In this document: one piece after another, positions 50,901 through 62,239 of the stretch | How the letters are laid out: every line of letters starts with the position of its first letter | Position numbering within the stretch: position 1 is the first letter of the stretch | From: Eledone cirrhosa | Lineage: Eukaryota | Length of the DNA stretch: 64,000 bases | Assembly: GCA_964016885.1 (NCBI GenBank) | Contig: OZ024744.1 | Location: 119,226,001-119,290,000, forward strand | Reading direction: 5' to 3' | Translations under genes and position numbers: made by a program | The notes under the pieces: generated by a model | The model's input: the letters and a program-made list of their open reading frames with translations, nothing else | Told to the model about the DNA's origin: nothing | Databases searched by the model: none

Positions 50901-52600
50901 ATTTTCAGCAGCACTTTGCTGAACTGTTCAGAAGCGGCGGCGGGCCGGATCGGGGTTTGGACTTCAGTGCATACCTCGACGGACTGCCTCGGCTCTCGAC
51001 GACCGCAGCACAGTGTTGCGAAAAGCCGATAACAGCGATGGCTAACTGCACAAGGGGTAAATCGCCAGGTTTGGATGGTCTGTCCTACGAGCTTCATGCA
51101 TTTATGCCAGACTTGTTCGGTGACCTCTTGGTAGACGTCTACTGCAACTGGCAGCAGAACGGGAGCATTCCCAGTTTTGTGAGCCGGGGAGCAGTGGCGC
51201 TGCTGAGAAAAGACCCGAACAAGGGGAATGTTATCGATAACTTCAGGCCCATAACTCTGCTAAACGCAGAGTTCAAGATTTTGGCCAAGGTGTTAGCAAC
51301 GAGGTTTCCGCTTGTCGTCGAGAGGTGGGAGAGGCGCAGACATGCGCCATTCCGGACAGATCCATACACGACAACCTCCACCTCATGCGATATATCGTAT
51401 AAAGGTGGTTAAGGAACCTGGCACGGGTGGGATCCTGATCAACTTGGATCAATCCAAAGCATTCGATAGGGTCGACCATCGGTACCTGGTGGCGGTCCTC
51501 GAGGCAACCAGTTTCGGACTCGTTTTCGGGGGTTGGATCGCTGCGATGTACAGCGACATCTGCTCAGTTGTGAGGGTGAACGGTCACCTGTCGCAGCCGT
51601 TCAGCATCATGCGCTCAGTCCGCCAGGGTTGTCCCCTCTCGTCCCTCTTGTACGTATTGGCTCTCGAGCCGTTACTGCACAAACTGGGGGCGATGAGGGG
51701 CGTCCCACGCGAACTAGGATGCGGGAAATCCGAGTCGGCTTACGCCGACGACGTCACCGTGGTGGTGTCGAACACCAGACACGTCCAGATGCTCGGCACC
51801 GCTCTCGAGGAATACGAAGCGGTGACAGGAGCAAAGATAAACCAGGAAAAGTCGGTGGGCTTGCAGCTCGGCACCTGGAGAGGCAAGTCCATACCGTCCG
51901 ACAGCGTCGTAGAGTGTTGGACGGACGGACCGGTTAAATTGCTCGGGGTCTGGTTCGGACCGGGCCTCCAGATGGAGAAAAACTGGAACGAGGTGACGAG
52001 CAAGGTGGCCTCCGTCTCCCAGAAATGGGCCGAGAGGAAGCTGTCCCTGAAAGGCCGGGCGGAGGTGGCGAATGCGTACATCGCATCCATCATCTGCTAC
52101 CGCCTCACCGTCGTCCCTTGCCCCAGCCCAACTCTCACCAAAATGGAGCGCCTCTTCTTCCGCTTTTTGTGGAAGAGACGCGCTCCCATGGTCAGACGAT
52201 CCATCTGCTGTCAACACCCGTTGCGTGGAGGACTGGGCATGCCATGGCTGATGATGCGCGACATCTCTGGTGCTTCCTTTACGGTGAACAGGTGTGGTCG
52301 CCGTTCGCCAGGCACGTATTTCCACAGCTCATCTCCTTGACGGAACTGCAGTCCTGGGTCAGGAAAAGACCAAGGGATAGCGCTTGGAAAATGGAATGTC
52401 TCCAGGCGCTCACTGCCCTCTGCCAGCTGGGCACCAGTTTCGGTGGAACATCCACCTCGGCGTTCTATAGAGGACTAGTGGAGGGGGAGAGCGACGACGT
52501 TCTCGGAGAGATCCTGGGCGTTGAAAAAAATCAGCTGTTTGCTCTCTTCCGAAGAACTTTCAGCCCAGTGCCTATGGATAACTTCCAGAAATCCCTGGCC
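48000..52600 (+). mobile_element. Tx1/L1-type LINE, element 3, 3'-truncated, decayed
   Basis: ORF1 from ATG 48201 with CYLCGQKGHLRAFC knuckle; ORF2 from 49760 closely similar to element 1; cut off at …FQKSLA. Confidence 0.9.
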
Positions 52601-52840
52601 TATATAAAATTATAAATAAGATAAGGGCAATATTGTGTATTACCCAATTACCAGTAAGATAATTAGCTCAATGTAAAATATCAGATATATTACAGAGCAG
52701 AAATACAACATAGTTAACAATCATATAATGGCTAATGCCTTTAATTGCTGACGATCGTTTCTTCCAGAACATACATAGTGTTAAAACAAATAAATAAGTT
52801 CCTAATCTTTAAAATTTATTTATTTGTTTTAATATTGAAT
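52601..52840 (-). mobile_element. Second, inverted copy (B) of the hammerhead-bearing repeat; ribozyme 5' half deleted
   Basis: Reverse complement matches ~36810-37068, including the palindrome centre TAAAGATTAGGAA and TCTGGAAGAAACGATCGTCAGCA. Confidence 0.85.
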
Positions 52841-52844
52841 AATG

Positions 52845-53026
52845 TCGATGATACATATATAGGGATATTGATGATATATATATATATAGGGATATATATA
52901 TTGATATATAATGTTGATGATATATATATATAGGGATATATATACATTGATATATGATGTTGATGATATATATATATAGGGATATATATACATTGATATA
53001 TAATGTCGATGATATATATATATATA

Positions 53027-53102
<76 letters not shown>

Positions 53103-53135
53103 ATATATATACATTGATATATATATATAGTGATA
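52845..53135. repeat. GGG(AT)n / (AT)n compound microsatellite
   Basis: AGGGATATAT…CATTGATATAT units; ends ATATAGTGATA. Confidence 0.9.
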
Positions 53136-54324
53136 AGTAGCCAGATAAATCCCCCCATTTTTTATATATTTTTTGCAATATTGATGAAAGTTAAAACAAA
53201 ACCATTAAGTGAGTGAATATTGTAAATTGTCTGAAAAGTTGAATTGGAAAAGACAAGGTGAAAGACAAGGATAAAGGAAGTTCTTCTCATTCTAACAAAT
53301 GAAATAGATTTGAATAAATAAAGTAGTCAGATTTGTAAATCATAAAAGAATACGTGAATATATAATGAACTAAAGAGGGTTTGTGTTGGGTGACTATAAT
53401 GAAAACTTTCTCTGAATTCTCAGCCTTCTTGGGAATAAAAACATTTCACACTTACTCACACGGCTTTTCAATACTGATCTATTAAACTCAGAAATTAAAA
53501 GAAGATTAACCTGTTTTTTTCCTAAAATATGTTATGGTTATAAATACAAGTGACATTACTTAGGGGTATGTATGTGTGTGTATTGACACATAGATAAAAA
53601 TGTTGGTAGAAAGGAAGAGATATAGACATACAAGTATTTAAATCAACATCTATCGACACAAATTGACATATATGAGTAAAACTGTGCATTTATGAATATG
53701 TATGCAATATATGTGCGTATGATGGGCGTAGGTATGAAGAAATTGTTAAGAAATTTACTCCGCAAACATAAGATCTTGAGTTCAATCTCATTGAACATCA
53801 ATGTTACATCATAGTTACCTTTGAATACCAGTTGAAGAATTGTCAGTGAAATTGTATACTCTCTGGTCTCAAATATCCCACAATTATTATTTTTTTCAGA
53901 TTTTTTTCCATTTTTTTCACCACCTCACTTATTAAATTTTACTAATCTATCTCTTGTGAAATGTTATTTTAAGTGGTAACATTCCTGTGACAATTAATTT
54001 TCTTTAGACAGTACAAACGTTATACATGACAAACAAGTATATTACTAAAAATCCTATACGTTATAAAATAAATAGGATGGGTTAGGGTCTCAATATGTAA
54101 ACTAAACAACTAATTCTGGTTTTTAATAAAAATAAAGATACAACCTAGCAAAATTACCTCCCCACTTATTTGTTGACCAAGAGTAGATGGAAATTATCGA
54201 AGTCCGTTGGATTATCTCTAGATAATTCCAACTGGACAACTGGATGACTGGACAACTGGAGTAGTTGTTGTCAAAACTAATGGAGGATCCATATCTCTTT
54301 CGCTTTTAGTTTTCTCCTTCTAAA

Positions 54325-54566
54325 TACACAGACACACATATACACCCATACACAAACACACATATACACACATAAACATACACACATGCACACATGCACA
54401 CACATACACACACACATACACACACACATAAACACACACACATACATTCACATACACATACACACACACATATATATACACACTCATACACATACGTATA
54501 TACACACACATATATGTGCATACACCCATACACACACACAAACGCATGCATATATACACACATAGT

Positions 54567-54602
<36 letters not shown>

Positions 54603-54790
54603 TATATACACACATACACACACACAAATACACAGAGAAAAACATATATACATACATATATATACTCACACACATACATACACATATATACATACATATA
54701 CACTGACACACACATGAACACACATAAATACATCCACACACAAACACACATATACATACACATGCATTCATTCATATACATATACATTCA
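54325..54790. repeat. Degenerate (CA)n/(CATA)n microsatellite
   Basis: Seen directly. Confidence 0.95.
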
Positions 54791-54941
54791 TTCACTGAAA
54801 GCTACACAAAAAATACTTAACCCTACAAACATTGAATAGATAGTTATATCACGTGTGTTTTGGTTGGATTGTTACATCGTATCATGGCTCTGGTGCGGTG
54901 TCGTCTCTACTGGAAAGTCTCTCGTCCTTAAAGGACATTTT

Positions 54942-55641
54942 GGTCATCTCTCAATGTCACACTACCCCAGAGGTCATCTCTCAATGTCACACTACCCCAG
55001 AGGTCATCTATCAGTCACACTACCCCAGAGGTCATCTGTCAGTCACACTACCCCAGAGGTCATCTGTCAGTCACACTACCCCAGAGGTCATCTGTCAGTC
55101 ACACTACTCCAGAGGTCATCTGTCAGTCACACTACTCCAGAGGTCATCTCTCAATGTCACACTACTCCAGAGGTCATCTCACAATGTCACACTACCCCAG
55201 AGATCATCTGTCAGTCACACTACCCTAGAGGTCATCTATCAGTCACACTACCCCAGAGGTCATCTCTCAATGTCACACTACCCCAGAGGTCATCTATCAG
55301 TCACACTACCCCAGAGGTCATCTGTCAGTCACACTACCCCAGAGGTCATCTATCAGTCACACTACCCCAGAGGTCATCTCTCAATGTCACACTACTCCAG
55401 AGGTCATCTGTCAGTCACACTACTCCAGAGGTCATCTCTCAATGTCACACTACTCCAGAGGTCATCTCACAATGTCACACTACCCCAGAGATCATCTGTC
55501 AGTCACACTACCCTAGAGGTCATCTATCAGTCACACTACCCCAGAGGTCATCTCTCAATGTCACACTACCCCAGAGGTCATCTCTCAATGTCTCACTACT
55601 CCAGAGGTCATCCCTCAATGTTACACTACCCTAGAGGTCAC
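54942..55641. repeat. 30/28-bp minisatellite (TCACACTACCCCAGAGGTCATCTCTCAATG / …CTGTCAG)
   Basis: About 24 tandem units of two lengths. Confidence 0.97.
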
Positions 55642-55642
55642 C

Positions 55643-55915
55643 TGTTGTGATATTTTCCCTTGTTAATTGTTCCTTGTTACAAATTCCAACATAGGATATG
55701 TCCTCACCTATCCCTAGGTATCTGTAGCAGTCCTCATCAGATATCGGTGAAACAGTTAGACCATTGATACAAATGTTGCTAGATTGGGTTGTTGTTTTTC
55801 CCCGCTTTACAGTCATGTATGAGCATTTATCTTGGCCAAACTCCATTCCTATATCCTTTGAGAACGTTGTAACCAGGTCAAGATTTTTCTTCATCCCATC
55901 CATGTTCTTGGCATA
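55643..55915 (-). pseudogene. R4/Dong-type RT fragment
   Basis: YAKN…VTTFSKDIGMEFGQDKC…YRYLGI. Confidence 0.8.
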
Positions 55916-57174
55916 ACTCACAACTGACCACTAGTATCTCACAACTGACTACTAGTAATTGACAACTGACCACTAGCATCTCACAACTGACCACTAGTAT
56001 CTCACAACTGACCACTAGTATCTCACATCTGACCACTAGTAAGTGACAACTGACCACTAATAACTGACAACTGAGCACTAGTATCTCACAACTGACCACT
56101 AGGAACTGACAACTGACCACTAGCATCTCACAACTGACCACTAGTAAGTGACAACTGACCACTAGTAACTGATAACTGACCACTAGTAACTGACAACTGA
56201 GCACTAGTAACTGACAACTGACCACTAATATCTCACAACTGACCACTAGGAACTGACAACTGACCACTAGTATCTCACAACTGACCACTAGTAACTGACA
56301 ACTGACCACTAGTAACTGACAACTGACCACTAGTAAGTGACAACTGGCCACTAGTAACTGACAACTGACCACTAGTAACTCACAACTGACCACTAGTAAC
56401 TGACAACTGAGCACTAGTATCTGACAACTGAGCACTAGTATCTCACAACTGACCACTAGGAACTGACAACTGATCACTAGCAGCTCACAACTGACCACTA
56501 GGAACTGACAACTGACCACTAGCATCTCACAACTGACCACTAGGAACTCACAACTGACCACTAGTAACTGGCAACTGACCACTAATAACTGACAACTGAG
56601 CACTAGTATCTCACAACTGACCACTAGGAACTGACAACTGACCACTAGCATCTCACAACTGACCACTAGTAACTCACAACTGACCACTAGTAACTGACAA
56701 CTGACCACTAATAACTGACAACTGAGCACTAGTATCTCACAACTGACCACTAGGAACTGACAACTGACCACTAGCATCTCACAACTGACCACTAGTAACT
56801 GACAACTGAGCACTAGTATCTCACAACTGACCACTAGTCAGTGACAACTGACCACTAGTAACTGACAACTGAGCACTAGTATCTCACAACTGACCACTAG
56901 GAACTGACAACTGACCACTAGTATCTCACAACTGACCACTAGTCAGTGACAACTGACCACTAGTAACTGACAACTGAGCACTAGTATCTCACAACTGACC
57001 ACTAGGAACTGACAACTGACCACTAGTATCTCACAACTGACCACTAGTAAGTGACAACTGACCACTAGTAACTGACAACTGAGCACTAGTATCTCACAAC
57101 TGACCACTAGGAACTGACAACTGACCACTAGTATCTCACAACTGACCATTAGTAACTCACAACTGACCACTAAT
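55915..57174. repeat. 21-bp minisatellite (CAACTGACCACTAGTAACTGA and variants), ~60 units
   Basis: Direct tandem repetition with recurring variant order. Confidence 0.97.
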
Positions 57175-57509
57175 ATCTGCATCTATGGTGATTGTGTTGT
57201 TTTCCCAGGGGTCCTGGGGGGATTAGCTTTATACTAGTTGTATATATTTCATACATGTATGTGTGTATGTATGTATATATATATGTATGCATATATGTAT
57301 GTATGTATGTATGTATGTATTTATGTATGTATGTTACATCGTATCATGCCCAACAACAACAGCGGCATCAAAAGATAAAAAAAAAAAAAAAAAAAAACTC
57401 AAAATAACAAAAGACACACACAACAACAACATCAACTGCCACCACCACCACCACCGCCACCACCACCGCCATCACCATCACCAGCGACCGGGCCTTAAGA
57501 AAACAACTT

Positions 57510-57670
57510 TAATAATAATTTTTCTGCTTTTGGCACGGATCCAGCGACTGGCCCAGCGCATTACTGGTACTCTCTTTTGTTGACTCCGTGGAGATGAAGG
57601 GAAAGGTTGACCTCGGCGGGATTTGAGCTCAGAGCGTGGAGAGCCATAACTCTATGCTGTAAAGCAATTA
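57510..57670 (-). mobile_element. tRNA-derived SINE (resembles octopus OK-type), 5'-truncated
   Basis: Minus strand: CTGAGCTCAAATCCCGCCGAGGTCAACCTTT…GTACCAGTAATGCGCTGGG…GTGCCAAAAGCAGAAAAATTATTATT; homologous to 58080-58292. Confidence 0.82.
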
Positions 57671-57767
57671 TAGTAATACTGGACTGTAACACGAACGGCT
57701 TCAACTATACAAACTCTTGAAAGTCAACAGTTGACATAATCTTGTAATCTTGTATCAGTAATGACGG

Positions 57768-57830
<63 letters not shown>

Positions 57831-58079
57831 CGTGTAAGTGAGTAGAGTAGCGTGTGTGTGTGTTTGTTGTATGTATGAGTGTTATGTGTGCGCGCATATG
57901 TATGCGTGTGTGTATATGTCGTACGTATAAGTGTCAATAAGTGATTTTTTTTTTTTTTTTTTTGCGCGGCGACAGAAATAATCGGGCTGGATGCCCGATC
58001 GCGCAGTTAAACCACTGGGAGTGAAGAACCCCTAGCCTTTGTTAGGGTATTCTTCTAGGAGAAGGCATCTCAGGAAACT

Positions 58080-58292
58080 GCGGTGGATTGGCAGTATTGG
58101 TAGAGGGTCGGACGCCATATTTGACGTATAGAGTTACGACCCTTGCCATTCTGAGTTCAAATTCCGCCGAGGTTAACTTTGCCTTTCATCCATACGGGGT
58201 CGATAAAATAAAGTACCAGTAATGCACTGGGTAATTGCTGGCCTTGTGCCAAACGTAGAAACAATTATTATTATTATTATTACTATTATTAT
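58080..58292 (+). mobile_element. tRNA-derived SINE (resembles octopus OK-type) inserted in the RTE 5' UTR, (ATT)n tail
   Basis: A box TGGCAGTATTGG, B box GAGTTCAAATTCC, GCCTTTCATCC…GGGGTCGATAAA…GTACCAG. Confidence 0.85.
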
Positions 58293-58469
58293 CAGTTTTT
58301 TTTTTGTTTTTTTTTTCAATTCAATGATGTTCCAAAACAATATAAAAGAGATAATTGGCAATTTAGGTTCTGGAACAAAAAAGATAATTGGCAATAAGGG
58401 CAGGGGCCCCAGGTTATCACAGCCTGGGCCCGCTCGTCATCGTGCCATTGTAATAGAGCCAAACAAGGC

Positions 58470-61400
58470 ATTTACTCTTGGCTGCTGGAACGTACGGACA
58501 CTGCTTGACAGGGATTCCATGGAGCGTCCTGAACGAAGGACCGCTCTTGTTGCAAAGGAGCTTCGACGTTACGATCTTGACATCGTGGCTTTATCTGAGA
58601 CGAGGTTAGCTGGAGATGGTCATCTTACGGAATTTTGTGGAGAATATACATTCTTCTGGAAAGGAAGAGATGAAGGAACCAAAAGAGAGGCTGGGGTAGG
58701 ATTTGCTGTTAAGACTGTACTTGTGAATAAATTAGAAGAATTCCCAGTAGGGATTAGTGAGCGTCTTATGTCCATGAGAGTTCCGCTGGACAAAGGAAGA
58801 TATGCTACCCTGGTGAGTGTGTATGCTCCAACTATGAATTCTGTCGATGAAGAAAAAGTGTCCTTTTACCATGCCTTGAAAGGTGTTTTAAGAAATATCC
58901 CTCAGGCAGACAAAGTCATCGTGCTTGGTGACTTTAATGCTAGAGTGGGTAGGGATTTTAACACATGGAATGTAATCGGAAGGCATGGGGTGGGAAAGTG
59001 TAACAACAATGGTATGCTCCTGCTGCAGATGTGTGAGGAGCTGGATCTGTGTGTTACCAACACCATGTTCCGACAAAAGAACAAATTCAAGACCACATGG
59101 ATGCATCCTGCATCTAAGGAATGCCATCTTTTGGACTACGTCCTAGTCAGGATGCGTGACAGACAGGATGTGCAGTGTGTTCGTGCTCTTCGTGGAGCTG
59201 AGTGCTGGACGGACCACCGCCTGGTACGCACAAAAGTGAAACTAATCACTAAACGTAAAATCCGGGCTCCTGGTGTTGCCCTGCCCAAAAGATTGAATGC
59301 TGCTCGTCTTAAGGATAAAAATGTGAAGAGGACATTGGAAGAAGAGATGCAGGCTGCAGATCTTGGTGAGGATTGGCCGACACTTAAAAAAGGGTTTATG
59401 ATGTAGGCAGGGGTGTTCAAGTAGTTGGTGCAGAGAAAACATCAAGACTGGTTTAATGAGAATGATGTACATATAGAAGACTTGTTGGCTGATAAGAGGC
59501 GTGCTCTGTCACGCTACTTGACGGCAAAACCACAGGAGAGGAATACGTTGGATGAGGAACTCAGGGATGTAAAATCACGTGTTAGGCGGAGTCTTTCTCA
59601 GATGAAGGATCAGTGGTGGAGTGAGAAGGCTGGTGAAATACAAACTGCGTCAGATTCCAATAACACAAAGCTGTTGTACAGTCTCTTGCGTGAGGTTTAT
59701 GGACCGTCTTCTTCTCTGGTGACACCGCTTCGCAGCAAGGATGGCAAAGAACTTCTTCGTGACTCACAAGGAATTCTACGAAGGTGGCGAGAGTACTTTG
59801 ATGATCTTTTGAATCAGCCGTCTGTCGTCAGTGAAGATTTCCTCAATCTCATTCCAGGAAGTCCTGTGAAAGTAGCTCTCGCAGAACCTCCGACGCTTGT
59901 GGAGGTTGCAGTGGCTATTTCGAAGCTGAACAGTGGAAAATCTCCAGGTATGGATGGCATACATGCTGAGCTCCTACAATATGGTGGTGAGAGACTCCTG
60001 CAACATCTTCACTCTTTGTTTGGCAGGATATGGGCTAATGAATCCGTACCTGAGGACTAGAGAGATGCAGTAATGGTGGTCTTGTACAAGGGAAAGGGTA
60101 ACAGGAATGATTGTGGGAACTACAGAGGTATATCATTGCTTTCTGTCGTAGGGAAAGTTTTATGTAGGGTGCTTCTGGACCGTCTGCTGACACACATTGC
60201 AGATTGTGTTCTTCCTGAAAGTCAATCTGGTTTTCGTGCTGGACGCGGCACTACTGATATGATCTTCTCAGCTAGACAGCTCCAGGAGAAGTGCATGGAA
60301 CAAGGCTTGGATCTGTATCAGGTTTTTGTCGATCTGACAAAAGCTTTCGATACTGTTAACAGAGATGCATTATGGAAGGTTCTCCAGAAACTTGGTTGCC
60401 CTGATAAGTTCCTTGCTTTAGTTAGGTCTTTCCATGACGACATGAAGGCTTGGGTTAATATCGGAGCCTATCTCAGTAAAAAATGGAGTGAAACGGGGAT
60501 ATTCCAGCACCGACCCTGTTTGCCATATACTTTGCAATGGTTTTCTGTATTACATTCAGGAATTGCGAACATGGTGTTTACATCCGATATCGAACCTCAG
60601 GCAGCATATTTAACATCAGGCGCTTTGCTGCGAAGACAAAAGTATTTACATCAGTCATAAGAGACCTCTTGTATGCAGATGATTGCGATCTTGTAGCGCA
60701 CACAGAGAGTGATATGCAGCACATTTTGAATGCATTTTCTGACGCTTGCACTGCCCTAGGATTGACTGTCAGTCTCAAGAAAACCGTTGTCATGTACCAA
60801 CCTGCCCCTGGTAAGCAGTACTCTGAACCAAACATCTATGTGTATGGCAAACGACTTGGAGTGGTTGATCAGTTTGTCTACCTGGGAAGCACTGTCAATC
60901 GATACGGCAACCTTGACAGTGAAATCTCACTTAGGATTAGGAAAGCAAGTGATGCTTTCGGAAAGCTAGAAAGGCGACTCTGGGGTCGGCGAGACATATG
61001 CAGGAGGACAAAGGTAAAGGTGTACAGGGCATGTGTGCTCTCTTGTCTTCTTTATGCCTGCGAGACCTGGGTCACATATCGACGCCACCTTAAGCAATTG
61101 GAGCGTTTCCATCAGATGTGTCTCAGACGGATCCATGGCGTTCACTGGAGGGACCACATCAGTGATGTCGAGATTTTGGAAAGCTCTATGTGTGACAGTA
61201 TAGAAGCTCTTGTGCTTAAGCAACGACTCCGTTGGAGTGGTCACCTTGCCAGGATGAAGGATTCTAGAATACCAAAACAACTCTTTTATGGAGAGTTGGT
61301 TAAAGGAAAACGACCGCCACATAAACCAAAAAAGAGGTATAAGGATTCCTTGAAAGCCTCTCTGAAAGACGCTAACATCTCTGCTGATACATGGGAAAAT

Positions 61401-61851
61401 GTTGCTGGTGATCGTAATAAATTGAGAAAGACTGTATATGAGGGAAAAGTTGCCTTTGAGGCATCTCGAATCGCATACGAGAAAGTAAAGCGGGATGTGA
61501 GGAAGGGCATTGCTGTTGCACTTCCAGACGGCGAGGGTCCTCCTATGGTGCTGACATGCAGCGTCTGTGCGAGACTGCCTAAGCAAAGCTGGACTCGAAA
61601 GTCATCTTCGCAGTCATAAAGTAAGACCAGTGGTTGACTACCAGGCTGCTGTTGGAGATGCTACTCATCATGCTTGCCAAACATGTGGTAGAGAATGTAA
61701 ATCAGCAGGAGGGCTCAAGCGACATGCAAAAGTACACGAACTCCAACCACAGCCGACTATTCCCAGTGAATGTTTTGGTTGCCGACTCTGTGCAAGACAT
61801 TTTAGATCATTGGCTGGGCTAAAAAGCCACATTCGATCACAGCGCTGTTAG
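58470..61851 (+). pseudogene. RTE ORF: APE endonuclease, RT and three C-terminal C2H2-type zinc fingers; stops and frameshifts
   Basis: GCWNVRTL, ERRTALVA, LSETR, GDFNARVG, WTDH, NYRGISLL, FVDLTKAFD, YADD, YACETW, LRWSGH; CSVC…H…H, CQTC…H…H, CRLC…H…Q. Confidence 0.92.
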
Positions 61852-61958
61852 TTGCTATCGTGTGTGTGTGTGTGTATAGATATGCTTATGTGTGCGCGTG
61901 TATGTGTATATATATATGTATATGTATATAATTATTGTTGTAGTCGTTATTATTATTG

Positions 61959-62005
<47 letters not shown>

Positions 62006-62015
62006 GTTGTTATTA

Positions 62016-62131
<116 letters not shown>

Positions 62132-62239
62132 TTCTTCTTTTTTTTTTATTTATTTATTAATTTTTTTTTTTCTCCTCGTGCAATGGCCATACTCGATAAC
62201 GAGGGGGCAGCCATCATCATGTATGCATGTACATATATA

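Larger units (their letters stand above)
54887..57331 (+). mobile_element. Candidate composite VNTR-containing retroposed unit flanked by a 17-bp direct repeat
   Basis: TGTTACATCGTATCATG at 54870-54886 and 57332-57348; 3' stem-loop and (TATG)n tail. Confidence 0.5.

Noticed and set aside
38912-52325. Long antisense and alternate-frame ORFs within Tx1 ORF2s
   Set aside because: Expected shadows of GC-rich coding sequence; no independent motifs.
53725-53795. Very degenerate tRNA-SINE head (GAGTTCAATCTC B-box-like)
   Set aside because: Too short and diverged to call with confidence.
54158-54319. Possible 162-bp minus-strand host exon (…TTTAG / GAG|GTAATT)
   Set aside because: All three frames contain stops, no recognisable domain is present, and no partner exons were found; cannot be supported without RNA data.
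18850-54839. Ile/Tyr-, Val/Cys- and His/Thr-rich ORFs (e.g. 23525-24173, 52809-53178, 54306-54839)
   Set aside because: Translations of (AT)n and (CA)n microsatellites.
54853-57182. Repeat-protein ORFs in the 30/28-bp and 21-bp VNTRs (Cys-periodic LVVSCQL…)
   Set aside because: Unit sequences simply lack stops in some frames; no signal peptide, splice context or codon-position bias is evident.
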